NCBI GenBank assembly: GCA_020137815.1 | Contig: CM035350.1 | Location: 3,968,001 to 4,032,000 of the forward strand | Direction of reading: 5' to 3' | Length of the DNA stretch: 64,000 nucleotides | Source: Hormiphora californensis | Taxonomy: Eukaryota; Animalia; Ctenophora | In this document: positions 10,175 to 21,950 of the stretch, piece by piece | Layout of the letters: each line of letters begins with the position of its first letter | How positions within the stretch are numbered: the first letter of the stretch is position 1 | The notes under the pieces: model-generated | What the model saw: the letters and a program-made list of their open reading frames with translations, nothing else | Databases searched by the model: none | Told to the model about the DNA's origin: nothing | Translations under genes and position numbers: made by a program

Positions 10175-12202
10175 GAGCAAGCCAGCTAGGGCCAACTAGT
10201 TTTGCAATGGATGGGGGAATATTTTATTGTGTATGGGGGAATTGCAAATGGAAGAATACAATGACATTATTGCAGATGTACTAATTCTACATTCTTTTCC
10301 AGAAGTAGCTGGAAGTTAGACGAGAGATACAAAAGAAGGGATGCAAGGGAGCACTTGGCGGAACGTTTATCCGCCTACATAACTTATAAAATGCTGATGG
10401 TGAACCTGGAGTTTATTCTCTTTAATGGTCCCCGTGCACCTTTCAAGTGAGTTGGTGGCTGATCTATGGGTTGCGCAAGGAGAGAGAGAGAGAGAAGGTC
10501 GAGTAAGCCAACTAGGGGCCAACTAATTTTGCAATGGATGGGGGAATATTTTATTGTGTATGGGGGAATTGCAAATGGAAGAATACAATGACATTGTTGC
10601 AGATGTACTAATTCTTCATTCTTTTCCAGAAGTAGCTGGAAGTTAGACGAGAGATACAAAAGAAGGGATGCAAGGGAGCACTTGGCGGAACGTTTATCCG
10701 CCTACATAACTTATCTAGCTGCGGTGAACTTTCTGCTCATGCCAATTCTTTTTGTTTGGCAGCTCATCTTTCAGATTGTTCACTATGCTGAGGTGAGAGA
10801 ATTATAGGACAGTGAAGTTGCAGGGGGATCAGTCACATGAGTGTGTGTGGCACATTCCCGGTCACACTTTTAAAGTGTTATGGTGTGTCATGTCTGTAGC
10901 GCGCGGCGTCATCCCTACAGCTGCGAGGTATCGCACAGCAGTAGGTCAATGCGACGCGCACACAATGCGCGTAGTCACGTGACTCGCCAATGTTTCTAAA
11001 TTTACCCTCCCCCACGTGACGTGAAGTGCTGTGGTGGTATAACATTGGTATAAACCTGTATATATTCCCCCTCCAGCTGGTAAAACGGGAACCCGGAATT
11101 CTCGGGGTAAGGATGTGGTCCTTGTATGCTCGGTATTTTCTTCGCCACTACAATGAACTATGTCACGAGTTCGATGCCCGGCTAAAGAGGGCCTACATTC
11201 CTGCGAACAAGTTTATGAATCTCTTCACTTCTCCCATGCTAGTTATCATTGCCAAGTAAGGAATGTTTCGACTGTGTGTTAAACAAGTGATATATATGTT
11301 TAACAAATTTAACCTGGGAAACTCATAAAAACTCTCCTCTAGGAACGTTGGATTTTTCGCTGGAGCGATTCTACTCGTTTTGGTATCTCTAACTCTAATA
11401 AATGAGGAACTACTATTTGCTGACCACATTCCCCTGGCTATAACCCTTCTGGGTATCACTGTGTCGGTCTGCAAAGCCCTCATCCCTGATGCGGTAAGAA
11501 TGTTGTTACATGGGGTGTGGAGCTTTATAAGTGTTGCTTGAGTAGCGGTAACGTGTAGTAACGCACCCAACTCTAGTATAGCCACGCATGGGGTAGGCAG
11601 GAAGGGTCACTTCTTTTCACTCTATATTAGAGACGTTCAAATCCAACTAATAGCATCCCTCCCCTACACAAATCCCCCTACTTCTCCCCAATATATGCTG
11701 CTCACACCCCCCCTCATTGTAGAACCAAGTATTTTGTCCTGATGTGCTGATGAAGGAGGTGTTACTTCACACCCACTACCAGCCAGATAACTGGAACAAC
11801 GCTGCCCAACTACCCCACGTCAGGGAGGAGTTTGGGCAGATGTTCCTCTTCAAAGGTGAGTTGTAATGGGTGTTCCACGGGGTTGTAATGGGTGTTCCAC
11901 GGGGTTGTAATGGGTGTTTCACGGGGTTGTAATGGGTGTTTCACGGGGTTGTAATGGGTGTTTCTGGGCCGGGGCTGTGATGGGTATTCCTAGTCGAGCA
12001 TGCCACCATTTATATTGTACAGTTATTATTTGTAAGTTGTTAAAAAAAGAGTATATTGGGAGTATTTGTGTGTTTCCTCTGTCTCTCTGGCACAGTGAGA
12101 TGGTGGGCTGACACACGGCAGTCAATAATAAACTGTCATACACTGCATCACCAACATTTATACTGGCAAGAAGTCTGTCTGTCTGTCTGTCTGTCTGTCT
12201 GG

Positions 12203-12252
<50 letters not shown>

Positions 12253-12267
12253 TTCTGTCTGTCTGCC

Positions 12268-12322
<55 letters not shown>

Positions 12323-15300
12323 TTCCTCAAACTATCTCATTATATTTCCAGGTGTATACTTGGCAGAAGAGCTGATTGCACCCCTTATCACCCCTTTCAT
12401 CCTATACTTCAATGTTCGCCATAGATCTCTGGATTTTGTTGATTTCCTACGAAACTACACCGTCAGCGTCGTAGGTATAACGATCTCTCATCCCCCTTTA
12501 GTATCCAGAAAACTGCACTGATTGGGATGGAAACTTCAGCAACTCTCCCAGATGGCCACTATTGTTGCCATAACTATAGTCGAATTTTTTATTTAAGCGA
12601 CGGACCGTCACGCATTCAAAGAGGTCGTGCGGCATCGTATTTGCCCGTGATAATCGAGATCGAGTTCCTGGCAATCTTAAGACTTGAACCCGAAAGCGTT
12701 GGAAAGATAATTTCAAGACCTTTCCAACGCAACCAAAATCAATTTTTTATCTAATCAGGAACCGGGGATATGAGCGAAAAGGTTTCTCGAATTGTCACAC
12801 GCAAATACAACGCCACGCGACTTCTTTGAATGCACGGCGGCCTGTCGCTTAAATTAAGAATTCAACTTTAGTAACTACTGGCATTACTAACTACTACTAA
12901 ATATGACATCCTACAGGTGTTGGAGATGTGTGCTCCTTCTCCCAAATGGATATAAAGAAACACGGTAACCCTGATTGGATGGCATTCGGAATGACTAATG
13001 GAACCCCCGTAGACCAGGCTGAGCACGGCAAGACGGAGTTGTCCCTTATCAACTTTAGTATCAGGAACCCAGACTGGAAGCCCAAAGGACAGCGAGGCCA
13101 TGTATATCAGCACTATTCCGGGCATTAGGTGAGTAGTAGAGTTATCCATGATGATTTTCAATGATTCTTCCCAAGTGCTCATGGATATATCGGGGACCAA
13201 AACTTTCTACAAAGTACCAATGTAGTTTAATATTTAACACGTGATCTCTCTCTCTCTCTCGCAGCTAAACAAGACAGTGAGGGGATGGGTGGCAGCTTGA
13301 TATCTCAACAACATGGCATGGCCAGATCCCTCATCCAGGGTTCTAGCCCTATGCTGGCTTCCATGAACCTCCCACACTTCCAGCCCACAGTGCCCATCAG
13401 CGCCCCATCTTCAAGCGAAACTGTAACTGGGGACGATCAGCCCCCTTCCTCTAACCTCTACACAGACCAGATTGCAACTTCATCTAACCACTACAGCGAC
13501 CACCCCCACCACCAGAGCGAATACCAGATAGAGGAGGGCGATCAGGATTCAGAGGAGGGACCTCCGACCCTGTTCGGTGGAGAGGGACCTCCGACCCTGT
13601 TCGGTGGACCCGAGGAAATGTTAACAAGTGTTAGCAAACAAAAGTACATTTTTGATGACCAATATAGCCAGATGGAGCAGAGTTATAGGGAATCAGGACG
13701 TAGACCCGTCACCCAGAGCATGACCGTCCCTGAGACCAGTAACCGGGGTGGATCGTTGCATGACGTCATAATGACGTCATCATCTCACCAGCCTAACTCA
13801 ATGGATTTGATGAGCATGAGCACGGTCGATGCGTCACTATTCATGTCGGCACATATGGAACACTCACAGTGGGCTGCCCGATCAAGTCTTAGCACAGGTA
13901 ACATCTCGAATTTGGTATCCCGTAAATACTAGTAATTATTAACTCCAATACTTCGAAGACGAAGCAGTTCTTCAAGAACTCTAAAACTAGTCAGTCGTGT
14001 AGATTCCTGATTCCCAATTATTCTCCCCACCACGCCCTTTCTCTTTACAGGAGATGTAAAGTGGACCGGTGTTAGAAAGGAGTACAGAGAGATGGCCCGA
14101 TCAACTGATCTCGGATCGAGTGCTCTCTTCCTCCATTCGGTAAGTGCATGGTTTCACTCAACAACTCAACAACCCTTTCTTTCTCAAAAGCAACTTCATT
14201 TCGGGCTATTATCCCGCCCAGACTTCTAGCTACTGTTATACAAGGTTTCCCCCGTCCTTTATCCTTACGAGGACAATTATAAGGCTCCGAGAGTGAATAG
14301 CTGCAAATTTGAGCAGCCGTGGGAAATTCAGAAAGCCTCCAGTGTGTGTCCTTCTTTGGTCATAACTAAAATTCTTTAACCCTAAGGAATTAGGTCACAA
14401 TTATACTGTGACATGGAATATACATTCTAGAAAATTCCACCTATTCCCCCTCTCAGCTCCACTCTTCTAACCCCATCTTCCCCCTCTCAGCTCCACTCTC
14501 CTAACCCCATCTTCCCCCTCTCAGCTCCACTCTCCTAACCCCATCTTCCCCCTCTCAGCTCCACTCTCCTAACCCCATCTTCCCCCTCTCAGCTCCACTC
14601 TCCTAACCCCATCTTCCCCCTCTCAGCTCCACTCTCCTAACCCCATCTTCCCCCTCTCAGCTCCACTATCCTAACCCCATCTTCCACCTCTCAGCTCCAC
14701 TCTCCTAACCCCATCTTCCCCCTCTCAGCTCCACTCTCCTAACCCCATCTTCCCCCTCTCAGCTCCACTCTCCTAACCCCATCTTCCCCCTCTCAGCTCC
14801 ACTCTCCTAACCCCATCTTCCCCCTCTCAGCTTCACTCTCCTAACCCCATCTTCCCCCTCTCAGCTCCACTATCCTAACCCCATCTCCCCCTCTCAGCTC
14901 CACTCTCCTAACCCCATCTTCCCCCTCTGCTCCACTCTCCTAACCCCATCGTCCCCCTCTCAGCTCCACTCTCTTAACCCCATCTTCCCCCTCTCAGCTC
15001 CACTCTCCTAACCCCATCTTCCCCCTCTCAGCTCCACTCTCCTAACCCCATCTTCCCCCTCTCAGCTCCACTCTCCTAACCCCATCTTCCCCCTCTCAGC
15101 TCCACTCTCCTAACCCCATCTTCCCCCTCTCAGCTCCACTCTCCTAACCCCATCTTCCCCCTCTCAGCTCCACTCTCCTAACCCCATCTTCCCCCTCTCA
15201 GCTCCACTCTCCTAACCCCATCTTCCCCCTCTCAGCTCCACTCTCCTAACCCCATCTTCCCCCTCTCAGCTCCACTCTCCTAACCCCATCTTCCCCCTCT

Positions 15301-18273
15301 CAGCTCCACTCTCCTAACCCCATCTTCCCCCTCTCAGCTCCACTCTCCTAACCCCATCTTCCCCCTCTCAGCTCCACTCTCCTAACCCCATCTTCCCCCT
15401 CTCAGCTCCACTCTCCTAACCCCATCTTCCCCCTCTCAGCTCCACTCTCCTAACCCCATCTTCCCCCTCTCAGCTCCACTCTCCTAACCCCATCTTCCCC
15501 CTCTCAGCTCCACTCTCCTAACCCCATCTTCCCCCTCTCAGCTCCACTCTCCTAACCCCATCTTCCCCCTCTCAGCTCCACTTTCCTAACCCCATCTTCC
15601 CCCTCTCAGTTCAGCTCTTCTAACCCCATCTTCCACCTCTCAGCTCCACTCTCCTAACCCCATCTTCCCCTCTCAGCTCCACTCTCCTAACCCCATCTTC
15701 CCCCTCTCAGCTCCACTCTCCTAACCCCATCTTCCCCCTCTCAGCTCCACTCTCCTAACCCCATCTTCCCCCTCTCAGCTCCACTCTCCTAACCCCATCT
15801 TCCCCCTCTCAGCTCCACTCTCCTAACCCCATCTTCCCCCTCTCAGCTCCACTCTCCTAACCCCATCTTCCCCCTCTCAGCTCCACTCTCCTAACCCCAT
15901 CTTCCCCCTCTCAGCTCCACTCTCCTAACCCCATCTTCCCCCTCTCAGCTCCACTCTCCTAACCCCATCTTCCCCCTCTCAGCTCCACTCTCCTAACCCC
16001 ATCTTCCCCCTCTCAGCTCCACTCTCCTAACCCCATCTTCCCCCTCTCAGCTCCACTCTCCTAACCCCATCTTCCCCCTCTCAGCTCCACTCTCCTAACC
16101 CCATCTTCCCCCTCTCAGCTCCACTCTCCTAACCCCATCTTCCCCCTCTCAGCTCCACTCTCCTAACCCCATCTTCCCCCTCTCAGCTCCACTCTCCTAA
16201 CCCCATCTTCCCCCTCTCAGCTCCACTCTCCTAACCCCATCTTCCCCCTCTCAGCTCCACTCTCCTAACCCCATCTTCCCCCTCTCAGCTCCACTCTCCT
16301 AACCCCATCTTCCCCCTCTCAGCTCCACTCTCCTAACCCCATCTTCCCCCTCTCAGCTCCACTCTCCTAACCCCATCTTCCCCCTCTCAGCTCCACTCTC
16401 CTAACCCCATCTTCCCCCTCTCAGCTCCACTCTCCTAACCCCATCTTCCCCCTCTCAGCTCCACTCTCCTAACCCCATCTTCCCCCTCTCAGCTCCACTC
16501 TCCTAACCCCATCTTCCCCCTCTCAGCTCCACTCTCCTAACCCCATCTTCCCCCTCTCAGCTCCACTCTCCTAACCCCATCTTCCCCCTCTCAGCTCCAC
16601 TCTCCTAACCCCATCTTCCCCCTCTCAGCTCCACTCTCCTAACCCCATCTTCCCCCTCTCAGCTCCACTCTCCTAACCCCATCTTCCCCCTCTCAGCTCC
16701 ACTCTCCTAACCCCATCTTCCCCCTCTCAGCTCCACTCTCCTAACCCCATCTTCCCCCTCTCAGCTCCACTCTCCTAACCCCATCTTCCCCCTCTCAGCT
16801 CCACTCTCCTAACCCCATCTTCCCCCTCTCAGCTCCACTCTCCTAACCCCATCTTCCCCCTCTCAGCTCCACTCTCCTAACCCCATCTTCCCCCTCTCAG
16901 CTCCACTCTCCTAACCCCATCTTCCCCCTCTCAGCTCCACTCTCCTAACCCCATCTTCCCCCTCTCAGCTCCACTCTCCTAACCCCATCTTCCCCCTCTC
17001 AGCTCCACTTTCCTAACCACATCTTCCCCCTCTCAGCTCCACTCTCCTAACCCCATCTTCCCCCTCTCAGCTCCACTCTCCTAACCCCGTCTTCCACCTC
17101 TCAGCTCCACTCTCCTAACCCCATCTTCCACCTCTCAGCTCCACTCTCCTAACCCCATCTTCCCCCTCTCAGCTCCACTCTCCTAACCCCATCTTCCCCC
17201 TCTCAGCTCCACTCTCCTAACCCCATCTTCCCCCTCTCAGCTCCACTTTCCTAACCCCATCTTCCCCCTCTCAGCTCCACTCTCCTAACCCCATCTTCCC
17301 CCTCTCAGCTCCACTCTCCTAACCCCGTCTTCCCCCTCTCAGCTCCAGTCTCATAACCCCATCTTCCCCCTCTCAGCTCCACTCTCCTAACCCCGTCTTC
17401 CCCCTCTCAGCTCCACTCTCCTAACCCCATCTTCCCCCTCTCAGCTCCACTCTCCTAACCCCATCTTCCCCCTCTCAGCTCCACTCTCCTAACCCCATCT
17501 TCCACCTCTCAGCTCCACTCTCCTAACCCCATCTTCCCCCTCTCAGCTCCACTCTCCTAACCCCATCTTCCCCCTCTCAGCTCCACTCTCCTAACCCCAT
17601 CTTCCCCCTCTCAGCTCCACTCTCCTAACCCCATCTTCCCCCTCTCAGCTCCACTCTCCTAACCCCATCTTCCCCCTCTCAGCTCCACTCTCCTAACCCC
17701 ATCTTCCCCATCTCAGCTCCACTCTCCTAACCCCATCTTCCCCCTCTCAGCTCCACTCTCCTAACCCCATCTTCCCCCTCTCAGCTCCACTCTCCTAACC
17801 CCAGTCTTCCCCCTCTCAGCTCCACTCTCATAACCCCATCTTCCCCCTCTCAGCTCCACTCTCCTAACCCCAGTCTTCCCCATCTCAGCTCCACTCTCCT
17901 AACCCCATCTTCCCCCTCTCAGCTCCACTCTCCTAACCCCATCTTCCCCCTCTCAGCTCCACTCTCCTAACCCCATCTTCCCCCTCTCAGCTCCACTCTC
18001 CTAACCCCGTCTTCCCCCTCTCAGCTCCACTCTCCTAACCCCATCTTCCCCCTCTCAGCTCCACTCTCCTAACCCCATCTTCCCCCTCTCAGCTCCACTC
18101 TCCTAACCCCGTCTTCCCCCTCTCAGCTCCACTCTCGACTAAAGCAGCAGGAAGAGAGTCCCCAAGATATGATGACGCGATCACTCCACGGCCAGATTCA
18201 CCAAAACAGTGGCAGTGGAAGTCACATGAGCAAATCTTATCCCAACAACACACATCCTAACACGTGTACGTAA
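8639..18273 (+). CDS. ATG9: Autophagy-related protein 9 (lipid scramblase), multi-exon
   Basis: Exons ~8639-8841, 8930-9046, 9225-9360, 9490-9592, 9919-10090, [10303-10446], 10630-10792, 11077-11255, 11343-11493, 11723-11855, 12352-12474, 12917-13128, 13265-13897, 14051-14139, 18127-18273. ATG9 motifs: NLDDFFTRTYNYHRNNGFWC, CVDYD, KREPGILGVRMWSLYARYFLRHYNELCHEF, GVGDVCSFSQMDIKKHGNPDW, KTELSLINF. Apparent frameshift at 13084-13118; the final exon is uncertain (another acceptor at ~18467). Confidence 0.93.
10031..10713 (+). repeat. Tandem duplication (~340 bp) of exon end + intron + next exon start within ATG9
   Basis: 10031-10386 is repeated at 10387-10713; the copies differ in (GA)n length and a few substitutions. 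Confidence 0.9.
11860..11963. repeat. ~22-bp minisatellite x5 immediately after a splice donor
   Basis: GTTGTAATGGGTGTTYCACGGG repeated. Confidence 0.85.
12174..12320. repeat. (TCTG)n microsatellite
   Basis: Read directly; intronic in ATG9. Confidence 0.95.
12573..12872. mobile_element. Degenerate MITE with ~90-bp imperfect TIRs
   Basis: ACTATAGTCGAATTTTTTATTTAAGCGAC... versus ...GTCGCTTAAATTAAGAATTCAACTTTAGT. Confidence 0.6.
14445..18136 (+). repeat. 34-bp minisatellite, ~108 copies; unit = branch point + polypyrimidine tract + CAG + first 10 nt of the next ATG9 exon
   Basis: Unit CCTAACCCCATCTTCCCCCTCTCAG|CTCCACTCT; the last copy runs into the exon CTCCACTCTCGACTAAAGCAGCAG (LHSRLKQQ). 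Confidence 0.95.
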
Positions 18274-18984
18274 TTAGAGTTAATTAGAGTTAATTGTGGG
18301 TTCATTATCCCTCTCCAGCCATAAAAAAGAGAGGGATCTCCCTAATAGCCAATCCTCCTAAATCATTGAAAATGGTTGTACTGTTAAAAATGGGACGAAC
18401 ATTTCAACTGCATTCACGTGTTTTGAGTATACCCAGTTAGTTTTTAAACCCATATCTTTATTTTCAGGAACACGCCATAACATAAATAGTGCAAGAAAAT
18501 GAAACCAAAGTGATAACCATAGTGGAAACAGCTCTGAAGTGGATTTAATTGAGGATATCTAGTAGATCGAGACACACACTGATTTTCTATAAAGAGAGAC
18601 ATTGGGTTCTTGTGTTAATTGGGTGTTTGTACCGTGGTATTATTCTGTAGTATACCAATTACCAGATTGATATTCAGAGACGCTAGTTAGTTGAATGATT
18701 ATTGGGCCGGATCGGCCGGTTGTGGTAAAGACAGTTTGTATATTTCGCATGAATTGAAGTTTGTTAATTATCTAGGTGGGGTTTTAAAGTGTGTGTGTAA
18801 CAAAGATTACTTGGTACTAAGTTTTACTGAAATGGGATGTATAGATAAATAGCTATATCAATAAACATAAGGGTTACCTTGCCAAGTTAGACTGTTATTC
18901 GCGTGTTACCTTGTTTGTGTTAATTCGAACGCCATCAAGGGCATGGGAGTTAGAGTAAAGAAGAAGTGAAAGATTCCCTCATCC

Positions 18985-19162
18985 TTGGTGACATAGACAC
19001 CTGGCGCGACCCCCCGCACACAGGTGTAGTCTTTTACGACAAACCGGATGCAAATCGGTCCAGTGGATCGCGTGCAACATCCCTTGAAAGACACTACCCT
19101 TTTTTAGGGGGCGGAGCCGACACCTGTGTGCGGGGGGTCGCGCCAGGTGTCTATGTCACCAA
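18985..19162. mobile_element. Mutator-like MITE, 178 bp, 9-bp TSD
   Basis: ~42-bp perfect TIR TTGGTGACATAGACACCTGGCGCGACCCCCCGCACACAGGTGT; TSD CCCTCATCC at 18976-18984 and 19163-19171. Confidence 0.8.
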
Positions 19163-19475
19163 CCCTCATCCCTGTTATAGAACTTGGATCCGAGTTGTTT
19201 TATTTACTAACATTATAATTATCGATAGAGAGGAAATCACGTGGGTGTGTTAAATATTTGTTTTATGTTCCACGTACGTGTGTTTTTTCATCCCATGTTT
19301 GTAAATTGTCGTACACTATACATTGAGTTTCCACATTGTAAATCTTGTGTGTTTTTAGTATCCTCTCAAATAAATTCAGAAACTATAAAAATGGCAAAAA
19401 GCTGATAATGCGAGTGGTCAGAAGGTGGAAGTTGGCCAGCGCGGCTTAGGATGCTAAAAGTAGCAGAGAGAGAGG

Positions 19476-19577
<102 letters not shown>

Positions 19578-20210
19578 GCATTCTTCATTCCGCTTTCTGT
19601 CAACAGCTGTGAACGAAAGCCAAATGAACGACGCAGTCTCTCAGTCAAATTTCAGTGCATAACTCTTGCTTTTGCTCCACCAATTCATTGTGCTCAGAAA
19701 TGTATGTTCCTCGTACCTTTTTACATCTGTGCTGACCCTTTCTCACGCAGAGCAAGGAGAGCGGTCAAACTATATCGTCCCTTATCCTGTCTGGTGGCGC
19801 TGCCTATTCATTGGTCTCGGTCTTTCCGCGATTCCAGATCTTTTAGGTGCTGTAATTAGGTGGGGATGTTGTAGTTAGGGGGTGTGCAATGTGCATGTGG
19901 TGTAGAGGTGAAGTTCGGGCTGGATCCATTGCAACCTATTCTCGCTCCGTGTATGTGAGATCGATCTCGGTCGCCGCGCGACCTCGATCTTACTCAGGTA
20001 TCAATGTGGCCAACAGTTCGGGGTGGGGGGGGGGGGGGGGGGTTTGGGTTCTTGGACTCTTGGAGTTGGTCATGGGGTTGGTCATGTTTTCAACTCTCTC
20101 TCCCTCCCTCTTACTCTCCCTCTCAACCCGCATATACTATTCGTCCATTCGAGTTTTCACACTGTTGAGCCTGTCGACGCGTTATACTTTGAGAAGACGA
20201 TGCAGAGCTA

Positions 20211-20298
<88 letters not shown>

Positions 20299-20418
20299 GG
20301 AAGACACCAAAAATGGGAACTTCATTTTACCAAACTATTTCTCCCTCTGTACTCAATTTGATTTATTTCTACAAAACTGTGACTTAGTTAAACTATTCAG
20401 TGAAACTGATTAGTAATC

Positions 20419-21436
20419 AGTGTAAACTATAATACCTTGGCGACATGTCTACCCATACGAGTCACCGGGCTATGAGTGAATCAAAAGGAGATCCTGTGAC
20501 TGACAGTGATTACTTTAGGATCTCCTTTTGATTCACTCATATCCCGGTGACTCGTATCATGGGTATCCATTAGGGTGTGCTATTTTTTCAAATGGTTAAT
20601 TTAATTCAAAATTTCACTTGGTATCGGGTTAAATGAGCTCCTACGATCATTCTAAAACATTTTATCACAAAGTTTTGGCTCTACCATGGCCCAATTACGT
20701 TGGCACGAGCTATGCCCATATATGGGCATATTCATTTCAAAAAGTCTGTTTTAGGGCGTGATTTCGAACAAAACACACTGTATATAAATCGTCTCGTGAC
20801 AACTTATACAACTGTTACTTTCAGTTTGAGTCTTCAGATATCCACTTTATGAACAAAAATAAAAATTTTTCTCCCTTTTTTTCTTGCTAATTTTACCAAC
20901 TTGCAGAATCGTGGGGACGAATTTTAATTTTTTTTAGTTTTTTCTTGGTGGAAAGCAAATTTCGGTTGTAATCGACTAATTTTGGCCTGCGGAACACGAT
21001 CCCGTTCATGAAAAAGCTCTCAAAATTTAAGAACATGTCCAAAATGAACATTTTTTGTCAAAAATGAACATTTTTTGTCAAAAATGAACATTTTTAGGTC
21101 AAAAATGAACTTTAGCATCACTTAATGATGCATATCAATTCTTGTCAGTTTCGAGGTGCTGAACACGATCCTGAACATAAAAAGTTGATATCAAGAACAT
21201 GTCAAAAACTGGTGAAAACCACACATATTTCCCTGTTTTTACCATTTTTCGGTTAAAAACTACACTTTTTAAATCGCGATGCCAACGTAACTGACAAACA
21301 CTATCTCGATTCTGTTTTGCTGATGTGATAGAGAATTGTCCATAGTTTCACATTAGCTAGATACTGAATGGCCTAGTCGAAAAAAATTTGAAATAGCACA
21401 CCCTAGTATCCATGTCGCCAAGTTATAGTTTACACT
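20419..21436. mobile_element. Short palindromic foldback MITE interrupted by the hAT MITE below
   Basis: AGTGTAAACTATAA..CTTGGCGACATG..ATACGAGTCACCGGG..CAAAAGGAGATCCT is mirrored at 20517-20570 and continues at 21411-21436. Confidence 0.8.
20571..21405. mobile_element. hAT-type non-autonomous element, 835 bp
   Basis: Perfect 15-bp TIR TAGGGTGTGCTATTT; 8-bp TSD GTATCCAT at 20563-20570 and 21406-21413; internal AAAATGAACATTTTTTGTCA repeats. Confidence 0.9.
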
Positions 21437-21839
21437 TTACACCCAAGTAAGGCAGGCACATTACTACATTCTTGTCATCACACTACACACGTGAAGGTGT
21501 ACCAGCTAGATTAAGATACTCAGCAACTACAACGTCATCATGTTGGGCGTTCCTCGCACTTGGTGTTGAGTATAAGTGATAAGGGGTGGAGAGTCTCAAC
21601 GCACTTGGTGATCTGTTACTGACGACGTTACTGTCATCATCTGTAGGTTGGCATCATTATATACTAGCTGTCACTGCTGCAGTTTCTAGTACAGCTGTAG
21701 GTTACATTTTAGGTTCGCTGCTTTGACAATGACAATGTGGCGGGGTGGGCTCCATTGCAACATATTCTCGCTCCGTAACACCTCACCGGTTCCAGAACAT
21801 AGGGCGAGATCACTTTTGCGGTGAACATATCACAGGATG

Positions 21840-21950
21840 CGGTCGTCTCGACATTTATTTTTCAACAAGATCTCAGTTTTATGCGGTTCCATTTGGCCTG
21901 ACAGTCGCCCCTCGATTTTGTACCCTTGTCGTGCATACATGTCTCATTTA
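21840..21950 (+). pseudogene. Degenerate reverse-transcriptase fragment (DIRS/LTR-type)
   Basis: Translates as FYAVPFGLTVAPRFCT, resembling the RT motif 'F..LPFGL..APR.FT'; no long ORF. Confidence 0.4.

Noticed and set aside
13553-13608. 27-bp in-frame duplication (EGPPTLFGG x2) in the ATG9 tail
   Set aside because: Real but ordinary slippage in a disordered region.
14445-18136. CRISPR array or interstitial telomere (CCTAACCC motif)
   Set aside because: There are no unique spacers and the context is a eukaryotic intron; each 34-bp unit has only one partial CCCTAA-like motif.
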